Shown: positions 38,721-51,274 of the stretch, piece after piece
How positions within the stretch are numbered: position 1 is the first letter of the stretch
Layout of the letters: each line of letters begins with the position of its first letter
NCBI GenBank assembly: GCA_013239625.1
Contig: MU054049.1
Location: 1,067,015-1,131,014, forward strand
Length of the DNA: 64,000 nucleotides
Source: Lama guanicoe
Lineage: Eukaryota
Reading direction: 5' to 3'
Made by a program: the position numbers and the translations under genes
The notes under the pieces: model-generated
The model's input: the letters and a program-made list of their open reading frames with translations, nothing else
Told to the model about the DNA's origin: nothing
Databases searched by the model: none

Positions 38721-40917
38721 GGGAGGGGAGGGACAGCAGGAGGGCAGGGGAAGGAGGGGAGACCATGGAAGGACAGACGGAGGGAAGGAGGGAGGGAGGG
38801 AGAGAAGGAAGAAGTGAAGGAAGGAAAGAAGGCAGGCAGGCTAAAGGCAAAAAAACAAAAACAAAAACAAAAACCCAGGGCAGACGTGTTGTGCCGTGTT
38901 TTTCAAATGATACTTAGCTGTTGTGAGAAAGTCCCCAGGACATGTCAAACCAAGGAGAGAAGGCCCGTGCCTACACTTCCCCCAAAGTGACCACAGACAG
39001 GACAGGGTCTCTCCACTCTAATTTCTACCTGAGGCAGCCCCTTGCTCTCTTGAATCTCCAGCAAACTTGGCCGCGCTGGAGTGGTGACAGCGGGGAGTGG
39101 TACGCAGCCCTGGCAGCTGCCCTTGTCTCCCTCCACAGAGGTCCTCTCAGAGCCAGCAGGTCGGCCACCACCCTGAAAACCCTCAGTCAAGCACGGACGA
39201 CTGTGGTATCAGAACCGCGTAGCCTTTTACACGTGGGTGACAGCAGTGCAGTGCCATGTCGGGGAGGATGCTTATGTAAACCCCAGCTAATCGGTCCCCA
39301 TCTAGAACGGAAGGGCGCTGGAAGGACCACGGTCTCATTTTTAAAGGGATACTTCAGGTGAAAGGAAAAGGGTGCAAAAGAATAGTTCGGGGTCTTTGTA
39401 TATAAGGCACCTGTCTTTCAAAAACGCTGCGACTTCTAATCTTAACGTTTTTCTGTAGAAATATTTTCTAAATTCAGATTTCCCTTTCCTCCTTGAGTCT
39501 TTATCAGGCTTATTTAAAGATTTATTGAAGCATCTGAGGCCATCATCAATAAGACAGACCCCTTTTCTGATGACTTTGGGCACAGAGATATAACTTGTCA
39601 GGAAGGGTGCAAGCAAAGGCAGTACAACAGACGGCACTTTGTTTAGGACAGGGCAGCTCTTTGGCATGTTCCAAATAGGGATGGAGCCCTTCTATTAGCC
39701 ATTTTGTCTGCTCCTTTCCTGTTATGTATAAAGTACTCAATAGAAGCCAGGCACCCAGGCGGTGGAGAATGTGGAGGCTTTGAGGCCACTGGAACTGGAC
39801 TCCATCCACACCTTCACTGCCAACCTGGTTTTAATCATGAGCTCAGTTTACTGATCTGCAAAATGGGTTAGAAAGTTGCAGGTTGCTGTGAAGAGTCAAT
39901 GAGGTGATGGCTACGTTAAGTGACTAGTGTGCACTGGGCACTCAGTGAATGGTAATCTGGTACCCGGTACCTTTATGATGGTAAATAACACTGATAGATT
40001 TCACCAAACAGCACCATATTGAGAGCCTCCCTCAAATCAGTAGCCCCGAGACCCTCCCTATTGGTCATTGATCCCAGATGTAGGATTCGTGGAACAGTCT
40101 TTGCTGATCCCCAAGCAGAAAAGTCTTTGCAACCTTTTAAGCACGGTTAGTAATGATAGTAATAAGAAAAGAAAGTAGCTTGTCCAAAGTCACACAGACT
40201 TGAAGTAGGGGCACCTTCCTTTCCCCATGATACCTGTCGTGGAAATAGGGACGTGAGTCATGTGTTCTAGTGTGTTCCATGACCAGTCCCTCCTTGGAAG
40301 GCCCAGCCCAGCCTAGGACTCCACCGCGTGTCAGTGGATTCCAGTGTTCGGGATCACTTGCAGAAAGGGTTTGCGTCCAGACTTCTCAAAAGACAGACTG
40401 TGCTCTAAGCTCCAGCACAGTCAGCAGTCACTGAGTGACATCTGCTGCTGAAGTCACCTTCACGGGCTTCGGCCCTCCTGGCTGGTCGAGCATTGCAGTT
40501 TCCTTACAGGGGTAACTGGGTGGGTGGAGGAGCAGTTCCAACACTGGTCTCCACCTCCTTGTGGTGCCACAAACGCTCCAGGACACTCAGACTTTGGAAA
40601 GATCATTAGAAAGTGTGACCCAAAGCCCCACGGACTCCCACACTAACCTCACGAGCTGGGCCGAGGACACCAGGCTGGCCACCCTCTCCCCAACCCCTGC
40701 TAGCTGCCCTTCCTGCCTGGGTCTCCGGGCCAGCTCCGTCCTCTCCTGAATAATGAATTAGCCAGTGGCGGTGGCGTCTGGGGGTTGTAAATAAAGCACA
40801 CCAGGAGAACTGGCATTTTCAAAGTTGCTTACTCAAAGGAGGAGAGAAAAAAAGTTTGAAGAGGTCGTAGTGTGGCAGAGTTAAAAGTAAAATAAATGCA
40901 ATTAGAGGAAAACTTAC

Positions 40918-41015
40918 CCTGCTGGTCTCAGTTCCTCTTCCTCAATGGTGAAACTTTGTCACCAGGCAACAAGAGGCTTGGGATCTGGAGTTCATTAGCA
41001 TAATCTGACGCCAGC
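40918..41015 (-). other. Candidate non-coding 5' exon of LRRC18 (98 nt)
   Basis: Minus-strand acceptor tgtgttctttcaccttgcag| and consensus donor AGG|GTAAGT; contains an X-box-like motif. Confidence 0.5.
40958..40970. promoter_or_regulatory. RFX X-box-like site GTCACCAGGCAAC
   Basis: Matches GTNRCC(N0-3)RGYAAC; CRE-like TGACGCCA starts 36 nt away at 41006. Confidence 0.45.
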
Positions 41016-42988
41016 CTGCAAGGTGAAAGAACACAGTGCTGACAGGTCTCCAGGACACTCAGACTCCCAGCAGGCCAGCTTGCTTCCCACGCAGAGGGAG
41101 GCCAGCTCTGGGGTCGCTGGGACTCTTGCCATGGGCGTGCTCCTGGCTTCCCCCAGCCTGCCGTGGGGGTTGCAGTATCAGCAGGGCTGCTTTTCTTGGA
41201 GACCGCAGGCAGTGCACGTTGCTAACAGAGGGGAAAGAGCCACGTTTGCCTCTTGGAAGGAAAAAATATCTTCTATAGCATTGAGTCTCATGAAACATCA
41301 TAGACTTCCCTGTAATTTGGCCCCCATATTTCTTTCTTGCCCTTTGGTTTTTGAGAGGGGGCCGTCTTTTATCTCTTTATTTATTTGAATTTAATTTTTT
41401 CTTGAGGTTTTCTCTTTTACACCCCTTTTTCGCTATTAGATCAGAGTGACCACTGCTCATAAAAATCAGACATTCTACAACAATTTTTTATTCATTAATA
41501 TTACATCATTCAGTGCTGATATGTAGTTTCCAAGCTCGACATTTTGAATGAATGTGCAATTATGAATCTCGTGGACCATGCTTTTCCTATTTTTTCCAAT
41601 TTGGCACTATCATGAATAAGGCTGCAATGAATGTATTAAGGCATTTATAGTATTTTTGTTCATTTTTTCCCTTTAAATTAAATTCCAAGAAATTGAAAAA
41701 TTTGGCAAAAAAGGTTAAATGTTAAAATTATTATGCAAATAATAAGATAACATTGTAGAAAAGTTAGAAATGCATATATAGAAGTAAAAAAATAAAAATA
41801 CTTATTATTTTGAATAATGCCCAGGTTGAATTAAAAAATAAATAATTAGCAAATAAATACTATGAAATGCAAAATTAACCCAAGCAATAAAATGTTGAAA
41901 GTACAAAAAAGCAAAATGAAAAATTTTTAATTAAAAAATAAAAATATAATAAATCTTTAAATTAGAAATATAGTTAACTATTAAAATTTTAAATATGTGA
42001 ACACCAGCACTGTACTATTTAATCCAAAACTAAATAAAATAGATCATTTAATTTAGACAATAATTGGATTTAAAATAATGAACAAATGAAGATAAGTAGA
42101 AAATTAAAAATTACCTGGAATCCTACAACTTAGTACATTTCTAATGAGAACATTCAAAAAGCACATAAATTAGGAAATAAGTAATATGAAAATTATAAGT
42201 ACAGATAAGCCAAAAGGAAAATCAGTATTTTAAGGGAGAAAATATATGAGATGATAAATACATTTTAAAATGCAGATATGTGAAACCTTATAAAAATTAA
42301 AGCCACTCAACGCATTTGGAGGTAACTTCCTGCTGAATACCCTTCCAGACTTTTCATGCATCTACAGCATCAAGTTCATGGCGTAAGTGTGCAGTAATAA
42401 TTTGGTAATTTTGCTAATGTTCATTTTTAATGCTAAATATACCCAGGTTTATCAAGTAACATCTCTCTAATCCAGCCAGATCCAAGATTTTAGTTGTCGA
42501 TTTTTATTTGCTTTTGTTTTCTTTTCCCCTTGAAAAGTACTTGGAAAGTACTTGTCTTCAGAGTCAGGGCCCAGGGTTAAGGTAGGGTTAAGGTGTGGTC
42601 CGGCAGGTGCCCCCCACACACACACGGACAGATGTGGCCAGACAGATGTGATCAGCTCTGTTTGAGGGATGAGGTAACAGCAGTTCAGAGCAGCCAAGTG
42701 GTGGGGGCAGGATTTGAACCCAGGTTCTGTTGACTCCAAAGCCCGTGCTCTTTCCCACCCTGCTTCCCCTAGACCTTAGGGGGCACTTTGGAAAGCCAAG
42801 AGCCATCTCTGGTACCTTGTTTAATCTAAAACTTACACTATAATGATGGAACAGCACAGTGTATCAACTCTTAAATACTTTTAATCATCAGATAGTTACA
42901 AAATTCACATACACCATTCCAAGAGGTCTGTAACTGCCTTCAGACGAACATGATTTAAGAAAAAAAATTTTTTTAAAAGAGAACTCAC

Positions 42989-43172
42989 CTTTGGTTAGGT
43001 GTCTGGGCACTGCTGGTAATGGCGTCTTTTTCTGATGGTCATGAAGTGATGGGTGTTCCTTGGAGCTCATAGCTGATGAAATGAGGAAGGGGATGTGAAT
43101 TGCCTTTATCTTCTGCATACCATTCCGCCGGGTGGCAATGTCACAAAAGACCACAGGTAAAATTCTAGAACT
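42989..43172 (-). other. Candidate upstream non-coding exon of LRRC18
   Basis: Minus-strand donor AAG|GTGAGT at 42989/42988; pyrimidine tract ttttattttctcctttt followed by AG options (exon start 43172 or 43164). Confidence 0.4.
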
Positions 43173-43769
43173 CTTTCCAAAAGGAGAAAATAAAACCAGA
43201 GGCTGTCTCTCATTTCCAGGACCCTAAGAGGCACATTTTGCTCCCCTATTCCCACTCCGCTGTCAGCTTTCTGAAATAAAGTAGCAAGATTAGCAGGCTT
43301 TGCTGTACCAACTCCACAGCCTTGGAGCTCAGCCCCACAGCCTCAGGAAGGCTCCTTTTCAAGGTGGTGACCCTCACTGTCTCCAGCCTGGGCTCTGCCC
43401 TTGTTCATAGCCTTCAAAGTAGCCTGCCTCCTGGAACGGGGGTCAGTGGCAGGCTCACAGACAGGGCAGGACTACCGGATCTTCACTTGAGCCTTTGCAA
43501 GCTAAAGCAGTAAGTGTGACCAGGTTTTGCCTGCTTCTTCTTCTTATGGTTATTGTTTGCCTGGATAAAATGGACCAAAAAGATGATTTCTCTACTTGGG
43601 GGAAGAGGTGAGCTCCAGCCTGGGAGTTGCTTGCTGTTTATAGAAAATCTGCCAAGGAAGGTCTTGAATGAGGAGGGGTGGGGAGCCTGGACAGATGCTG
43701 TGACAGCGGCACTGTGATGGGAAGATAAAGAGACTCTGCCCCTTCTGGGGCACACGAAGGCCTGAAGGA

Positions 43770-43880
43770 CCCTGGCGCAGTGGGCGGAAAGTACAGTGCA
43801 CGTGGGGGCGGGGTCCGTGGGGGAACGCCCAGGACTTAGGCGGTGGGCGTGGCTGGAGAGAGGCGTGGCCTGGCTCCGTC
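43770..43880. promoter_or_regulatory. GC-box/KLF cluster, promoter-like CpG-containing patch
   Basis: GGGCGG (43782), CACGTG (43799), GGGGCGGGG (43805), GGGCGTGGC (43845) and AGGCGTGGC (43861) within ~100 bp; locally elevated CpG continues to ~44540. Confidence 0.55.
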
Positions 43881-45118
43881 TGGTGGAACCTCTTAAGCAA
43901 GGACCTGGTTTGGGGAGTTGAGGGAGAGTCTCAGGGAGACAGAGGCGGAAAGAGCACAGAGCTGGAAAAGGAACCAGGGGACATCACACAGGTTGAGGAA
44001 CCAGACTCTACAAACCCCTGCTAGCAGAAGGGGCGTTTCACGCGCAGACGATTCCTTCCTCCTCTCCCTCCCTGATACTGCCTCTTGTGTGCTTCTAATC
44101 TCTTCCCTACCACAGCGGTCGAAAATGACCTTTTTTGGTTTGATTTGTGGTTCTTCATTGTATTGGTAGAAACGTGTATCGTACATCTGTACAGCCTCTT
44201 TAGAGGACCATTTGGCAATGTGTAGTGAACTTGAAAGTGCTCATCCTTTTTAGCCGAGAAGTACCGTTGCCAGAAATGTGACTCATGGGTAGGCTCACAA
44301 AGATTCAAATCATGAAATCGTTATGAGATGTTAACGATTTCCATCTCATAAATCACTGGGATGTATGTCCAGAGGGGATCACAGAAGCCTCATTGGTGAG
44401 GACAGAGCCCAGCACAGGGGCAGGCTCAGCCACTTCCCATCCAGGTGTGCGGTGAGGTCTTGCTACCGCGGCCACAGGGCGACTCGAGCCGCCCCCACCA
44501 AGGCGTTGGGCAGCGGAGCAGGGCGGAGACCCGCGCACATGAGATGGTCCCATGTATCAAAAAAAAAAATTGCTTTTACACTCTGTTACCATATAGACAG
44601 GCCTATGGCTAAAACTTTTCTGGAAACTCATCTGTGGATACTTCTTGAGTGGGGGCAATACTTGGTAACTATTATTTCATATTTCATGACCTTCCATTGC
44701 ATTTGCATTTTTTAACCACGCACATAGATTCACATGTATTATATTCGTATATAATACATTCTACTCACATGTATTTTGTTCAAATGGCCAAAGAAGATTA
44801 TGATGTGGCTGTGGGAAATCCAGTGTTGAGGGTGTGAGGCCCCGGTGCCTGCTTCTGCAAGGCCATGGGACTTCTCTGGGGGCCACACTTCAGGCAGCAG
44901 TGAATTCTGGCATCACCTGAGAGCCATGGTGGCTGCAAGGACCCAACCTTCAATAGGGCAGGGTCGGGGCAAGAAGAGCTCGGGCAGTAATCTGTGGGTC
45001 CTGAGAAGTCTGTGGCTCTCCTGGAGGCCCTGGAACCTCAAAGCTCCAGAAAGTCCCACCTCTCCCCCCGATCATGCCTTGAGATATTTTGTCACCAGTA
45101 TTGTTTTCTGTTCCACAG

Positions 45119-45161
45119 GAGATACCCTGGCTTCGACAGGACCATGTTGCAGAAGTGGCAG
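45119..45161 (+). CDS. WDFY4: WDFY4 exon, (R)RYPGFDRTMLQKWQ, start of BEACH
   Basis: Acceptor ttttctgttccacag|G, donor CAG|gtacag; 43 nt, phase 2-0; restores the frame between the 17659 and 46341 exons. Confidence 0.92.
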
Positions 45162-46077
45162 GTACAGTGACCCCCCTCAGAGGGCTCTGGGTCCGAGGAA
45201 TCCCTCTGGGGATGCAAACCAGCAAATAGCTGAGGTCCCAGTGATGAAGAGAGAAAGCCTGTGCATGAATCAGGAGGGATCTTGTTTTATTAATTTGACC
45301 AAATGTCCCAAATATTGCCCTGAAAAGATTTCAGTGACTGGAGGTGATTCTTGAACATTGGACTCAGAGCTGGGAAGTGAGAGGGCATGTGTTTGTGTGT
45401 GTGTGTCTGTGTACATAAGCTCTGCGTGCACACACGCTCCATCCGTGAAGACGTACACGTATGTATGAATGAACACAGCTCAGGACTGCACAGCAATCAC
45501 CACATCTTGTCCTGGGAAGTCACACGTGGCTCCCAGCCTGGAGAAGCTGACATTCAACCGTGGGTTGTCAGTGAAAGGAACGGACCCCAAGAGAGCCAGT
45601 CGTACAGATCACATGGCAGCAAGAAAGTAACTCTTGATCCCTCATGTCCCAAATCCACTTCCTTTCCCAAGGAGTGGGACAAGGAGAAGGGAGGCCACAG
45701 CATGCAGGTCCCATCAGAGATGGGGGCTGTACAGGGCTGCTCATTCACCAGCTGGCCTTGGGGATTTTTCCCTGAATACAGTCCCTATCTCCATGTGTGA
45801 TTGTACGTCTTCAAGCTGAGGCCCCTAAGAGCCAGTGTTATCCACACAGGCAGGGTCAGGGAAAAGAAGGTTCCTAAAGTCCCAGAGGAAGACAGATCAT
45901 TCCACCTGTTGGTGAGAGCCTCTTTCCCTGTGACTGCAAGTCCCCTCAGCTGTGTGTTCAGTCATAAAGAGGTCAGCAGTAAGTTCGCCCAGCATTGGTG
46001 CTATTATTTTAATCAACTTTGGATCATCACACCCAACAGTTAACACAAAAGAGTGCTTGGACTGCCAAGTTGTGTTC

Positions 46078-46104
<27 letters not shown>
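46078..46104. repeat. (GT)n microsatellite
   Basis: Pure GT run. Confidence 0.95.
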
Positions 46105-46109
<5 letters not shown>

Positions 46110-46340
46110 CTGGCTGACTTTGCTTCCTAACTAGATTTGCTTCAGTTCATATTGGAATTAGTGGGCCTCCCTGAGATGGCCCGGCTCCATGCCAAGGTGC
46201 AGGGAACAGGGCAGGTAAGTGCAACCTGCTCTCACCTGCACAGCGAGGGTCACCTGCACGGGGCTGGGAGTTAGACCCCTGTGGTCCTTAGGAAGAGGCC
46301 AACTGTGTTTGGTTTATCCCCTCTTTGTCTCTTCTGGTAG

Positions 46341-46529
<189 letters not shown>

Positions 46530-46807
46530 TAGAGCCTCTCTGATGGGGTTCAGTTGTCCCGGGGCCTGCCTAGGCGCTGCTCTGGGCTTGGCCCCTCGCC
46601 TGGGAGGAGGCCTGTGGAGTCTGGCTGCCTTGGTTCCTGAACCCAGCCCCACATGACTAGGACGATAGATAACATGCACCCCAGAGGGCTTCCTGGCTTA
46701 TTTGCTACCATGAAGGCAAGAGATACCCATCTGCTGAGATACTGCCATGGACAACACTGGTCCATCAAGTGAAGTGGGCCATGAAATTTGTTCTTAGAAT
46801 CAACATG

Positions 46808-46890
46808 GAGAGAGAGGGAGAGAGAGAGAGAGAAGAGAGGAGGGTGAGAGAGAAGAGGAGAGAGCGAGAGAGACACAGAGACACAGACCC
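46808..46890. repeat. GA-rich polypurine tract
   Basis: gagagagagggagagagagagagagaagagaggagggtgagagagaagaggagagag... Confidence 0.85.
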
Positions 46891-48393
46891 AGCGAGAAGG
46901 TGCTCCTCCCTGGTAACCTGACTTCAGTGACTGAGATGGTGGTCTGTAGACTTCATCTCGGAGCTGGACCGAGACATGTAGCCACAGGGGAGGCTGATGG
47001 CAAGACCAGATCATCTGCTCTTTGGACCTCTGTCCCTGGACCTCAGCAGGCAGGGGAGGAAGGGATAGAAAAATGACTCAGCTAGACCGAGGTGAGGTTA
47101 CTGGGGGACGACCAAGCTGTAGAGCTGTGTCCTGACCACCTGAACTCTGGCCATCGGGAGGTGTCTTGGGCAGTGAAGGTAAAGGGCAAAGTGTGGCCGG
47201 GTCCCGGTTCGGATCAGCCCCGGCCAGTCCTGCCTCGGGCTGTTCACATGGCTGATCCCTAGAATTTGGAGAGAAGCCTCAGCCTTTGGTGACCTCCCAT
47301 CCCCACTTAGGACATGTAGCACAGCAAACCTTTTCTCACCAGCCACATGTTGCTTCTTACTGCACTAACCATCATCTGAGGCCGAGTTATTTCAAAACCG
47401 AAACTTACCAATCCCAGCTTTAACTCACAGTGTGGCAAAGCGGTGGCTCACCAGTCTCTTTTGTCTAGCCCATACTCTGTATTAAAATTTGATCACTTAC
47501 CAGCGTTTAGAAACTCTGAGATTTCTCCTTAAAAGCTGGATTTCCAGTATCTTTTGGAGGAATAGGAGATCTGGCAACTCTGAAGCCCCATTCTGCCCTG
47601 GCAGAGTTGGTTGTAGCTGACTGTGGGTCTCCATGGGGGCCGCCACTCATGGGGGTCTCAGGCCCACCTGATTCACTTCTGTCCCTGCCTGGCTTCGGCA
47701 GGTGTGAGACGGTGGGAGGCCCTGCCTCCCCAGCAAAGCTGTGGTGATTCATTGCTAGTGAAAAGGAAGAGAGGTGTAAAGAAACACCTCCTTTCCGGGG
47801 AGTTCGTGGCTCCCCTGCTAATACGCAGAACATCTCCGCTAATAAAACATCTTCGAGGACACCCAGCCTTGAAAGCTCCACGTGCCTCCACTGTCGTGTA
47901 TCCCAAGGGCAGGGGATGGGGCACCAGTGCTGTTTTCATTGCCTGGAAGGGAGTGCGCCTCCAGAAACATGAGGTCTTTCCTCCCCAATCAAATGACTTC
48001 TAATTTCCTGTAAAATCAGTTTGATTCTAAGCAAGGACCCTGAACTGCTCCGTGAGGGCCGGAGCCAAGTGCTCCCTGACAACAGGAACCCTTCTCAACA
48101 TCTCTTGTGTAACCAGTGGCGATGTTCTGATGTGGGTCAACTTGGCACAGTTCAGTGTGAACTCAATCTTCCCCTCCTCTTATTTTCCATCTCTCCCCTA
48201 TTAAGTCTTTGTGGATCACTGGCTGCGAGGCTGTAAAACCCTAGCAGGCCCGCTAATCACCAGAGGGGGGTCAGACCAAACGACAGTAAACCGATAAAGA
48301 GAACCATAAAACTAAAGAGCGTGGCTCCTGAAGTCTCGCTGGGGCACAAGGGGGTCCTGGGGAGTTAACTCCAGCTGCACATCTGCCTTCTAG

Positions 48394-48511
48394 ACATTGA
48401 ACTTGACGAATCCCAAGACTTTCCGGGATCTTTCGAAGCCCATGGGGGCTCAGACCAAGGAAAGGAAGCTGAAATTCATCCAGAGGTTTAAAGAAGTTGA
48501 GAAGACTGAAG
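48394..48511 (+). CDS. WDFY4: WDFY4 BEACH exon, TLNLTNPKTFRDLSKPMGAQTKERKLKFIQRFKEVEKTE(G)
   Basis: Acceptor ctgccttctag|ACA, donor AAG|gtgggt; 118 nt, phase 0-1. Confidence 0.95.
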
Positions 48512-48642
48512 GTGGGTAGACACCAGCTTGATTTATTTCCTGCGTTGCTTGTCATCTGAATGCCTTGAGGTGAGAGTTGACAACAATTTAGGCGGTCACC
48601 TAGGTGACAGACAATGACATCTGAATAGAGAACTCTCTGATT

Positions 48643-48800
48643 CAGTGGTCTGCACCCTGGCTGCATGTGCAAATCACCTGGGGAGCTCATTAAAAAATAC
48701 TGATGCCCAGGCCCCACCTCTAGAAATTCTGATTTAACTTAAGTCTGTGCTAGGGTGTGGATCAGGTGATTCCAACATGCAGTCGGGACTGAGAACTACG
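48643..48800. mobile_element. MER5A-family hAT relic
   Basis: cagtggtc...aatcacctggggagctcattaaaaaatactgatgcccaggccccacc...tgagaactac. Confidence 0.8.
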
Positions 48801-50633
48801 GTGCTAAGAGCTAACACTTCCACTCCCAGAGGCAGGCAAAGGCCGGGAAGTGACATCCGTTTATTACTTACTGTGCAGCAGGTGCAGGCCCGGCCGTGAT
48901 CGTAAATACAGTGGTCGTTTTCAAAGAGGAGGACACTGGAACTCAGAGTTTAAGACGCTCACTCAGGATCATGGCCTCCAAGTGGCAGAACCTGTGTTTG
49001 TCCAGCTCTAGAACCTGTTCACCAGCACATCACCTGGACAGCTGTCCCCACATTCTCATGCCCCCTATACTGTAACTGCCTTATTCCTTTAGGTCTATTC
49101 ACTTCTTAAACTTCAATGAATGTATTTTAAAGACAATTTTCTATCGTGTATTTGACGCCAGCTCTATTGGTTTTCTCAAACACTTTGAAATAAACAGAAC
49201 TAGTAAAATAAGGAATGTCCACCCATGAACCATGAAAGCTTATCTTGAGAAACAGAAGCAGCACACTTTGCGAAGGCTCCCTCAGCCCCGAGGCCCTGCC
49301 TTTGGTGAACAGGTTCTCGGCACACAGTCCCTGGGAGCCTCCTGGCCCCCACCTGGGACCCCTGTTTTGCATGGGGCTGGGGGAGGTGAGAGAAGGTGGG
49401 AGGAGTGGGCAGGCCTCCTTACCCTGATTATTACCTCCTGTGGCTGGAGTTCAAGCTGCTGTTTTTTGGTTTAAGCTAATTTAAGGCAATCAGGACTGCA
49501 TCATAGCATCCCAGAAGGCCTGAGCCAGACGAAACAGGTGTGCTGCCAACCTACTGGGTTGGTTTGAGGTCCCTCACCTGACCCCAGAGGCTGTTCCTCT
49601 GGCTCCACCAGGCTCTGCCTTCCAGAGAGACAGGGCAGAGGGACATCAGGTCTCCCCAGCTGTGTCCCACACAGGACCCACTTGGGTACCATTCTCTCCC
49701 ACACCAACCCGGGTGTGCATTGGAGCCACACACAGTGAGTTTGCGCCCTTACACAAGTACATCCAACAACCTCCCCAAACAACTCTGATTTAGAGAACTC
49801 CCGCATGGCACTAGGGAAGGCTTAGGGCTAGGGGTGGGCCTGGCAGTGAGATGGGTGAGCGGCCGTTTAGGGGAGATGTCCGGGGCCTCTGCCGACTGTG
49901 CCTCCAGCCGGCTCTGCCACTCACTGATGATGGGAGCACGGCGCTCATTTGCTCTGGCTTCTTCATTGGCGGAATGGGGGTAACAAGTAGCCCCAACTCC
50001 TAGGGTGGCTGTGTGGACTCAGGGAGAGAGTGACGGAGGGGACACAGCCTGCACAGTGTCCTCAAGGGCACCCTCACTGTTACTCTGCTGGGCCAGTCTG
50101 GCCAGGGCACTGCTTCTGACTCGACGATCCAGCTCTGCCACCCCTGGATGGAGCAAATTGGAGATATTTATGCCTCTCTAGTCTTGGTCCCTCTGGGACT
50201 GAAGACACAATGTTCTCACTCACCCTGGGGATTGGGGGGAGTGTCCCCAAGTTAACAAGCCTCTGCCTCTCACACAGGTACTTTTATTCTAAGCGAGAAC
50301 AGAAGGAGACAGTGCTGCTGGTGGGACTGGATCACCTTGGGGCTCTCTAGGTCCCGCTTAAGTCAGAAAAGCAGAGCTCTGTCCCCCGAGTGGATCCTCA
50401 GCAGATCCTTCCCGGAGCCTGGTTCTGTCTGTGTGCCTGAGGGCACCCCACTGGGGACTTGCAGCTGAGGGTCTCGAATGTGCTTGCCACCGCTGGTGGC
50501 TGGTGGCCAAATTACACTGACTTCTGTGAACAGAACATCAAGGCTCCAGCACCAGCAGGGCTCGCACCTGCGGGTCTGCCGCCTGCCCCAGCACAGGTGG
50601 GGATGCCTCCCCACGCGTGTCCTTTCGTTGCAG

Positions 50634-50743
50634 GAGACATGACTGTCCAGTGCCACTACTGCACCCACTACTCCTCGGCCATCATTGTTGCCTCCTACCT
50701 GGTCCGGATGCCGCCCTTCACCCAGGCCTTCTGCTCTCTGCAG
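50634..50743 (+). CDS. WDFY4: WDFY4 BEACH exon, (G)DMTVQCHYCTHYSSAIIVASYLVRMPPFTQAFCSLQ
   Basis: Acceptor cctttcgttgcag|GA, donor CAG|gtgagc; 110 nt, phase 1-0. Confidence 0.95.
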
Positions 50744-51274
50744 GTGAGCACGCCCACTCCCCTGCACGTGTGTGTGCACACACAGACAGCTCTGTCTCTC
50801 AGTCTAAGAGCTAGGCTTGGACCAGGTGGGGACCCCACTGCCAGAAATCCAGTCTGGAGGCCAGGATTCCCACTGGACGCTGGCTCCAGGATGCCAAGCC
50901 ATCCAGATGAGGGCGGATGCTCTTCCTCAGATGCACCTCTATATGTGCCCAAAAGTCTTGCGGAAAGACTCTAAAATATAAGGAATGAGAGATATGGGAA
51001 AAAAATACTTAGCATGAATAGGTTTTAGTGGAAAAAGGAAAAACAGGAAGCTTGAAGACTTCCTTGAAGGTGGGTCAAAAATTAGAAAAATAAAGACAAA
51101 GAAGGAAGAATGAGAATACCACTGTGACATCAGAATGCGTAAAGCGATGCTCAGTACAAGCCGGAAGGCCTAAAAGGACAAACGAAATATTTAAATACTG
51201 AAATGAACAGCCAAACTCGAGAAAGAAACTAACCAGTTTGCCCACCCATAAACTAACAGACCATCACACCAGCT

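Noticed and set aside
50459..50974. 171-aa ORF (likewise 58329-58739 and 62920-63390) as standalone genes
   Set aside because: Each is a real WDFY4 exon plus in-frame intronic read-through; splice sites delimit the conserved part.
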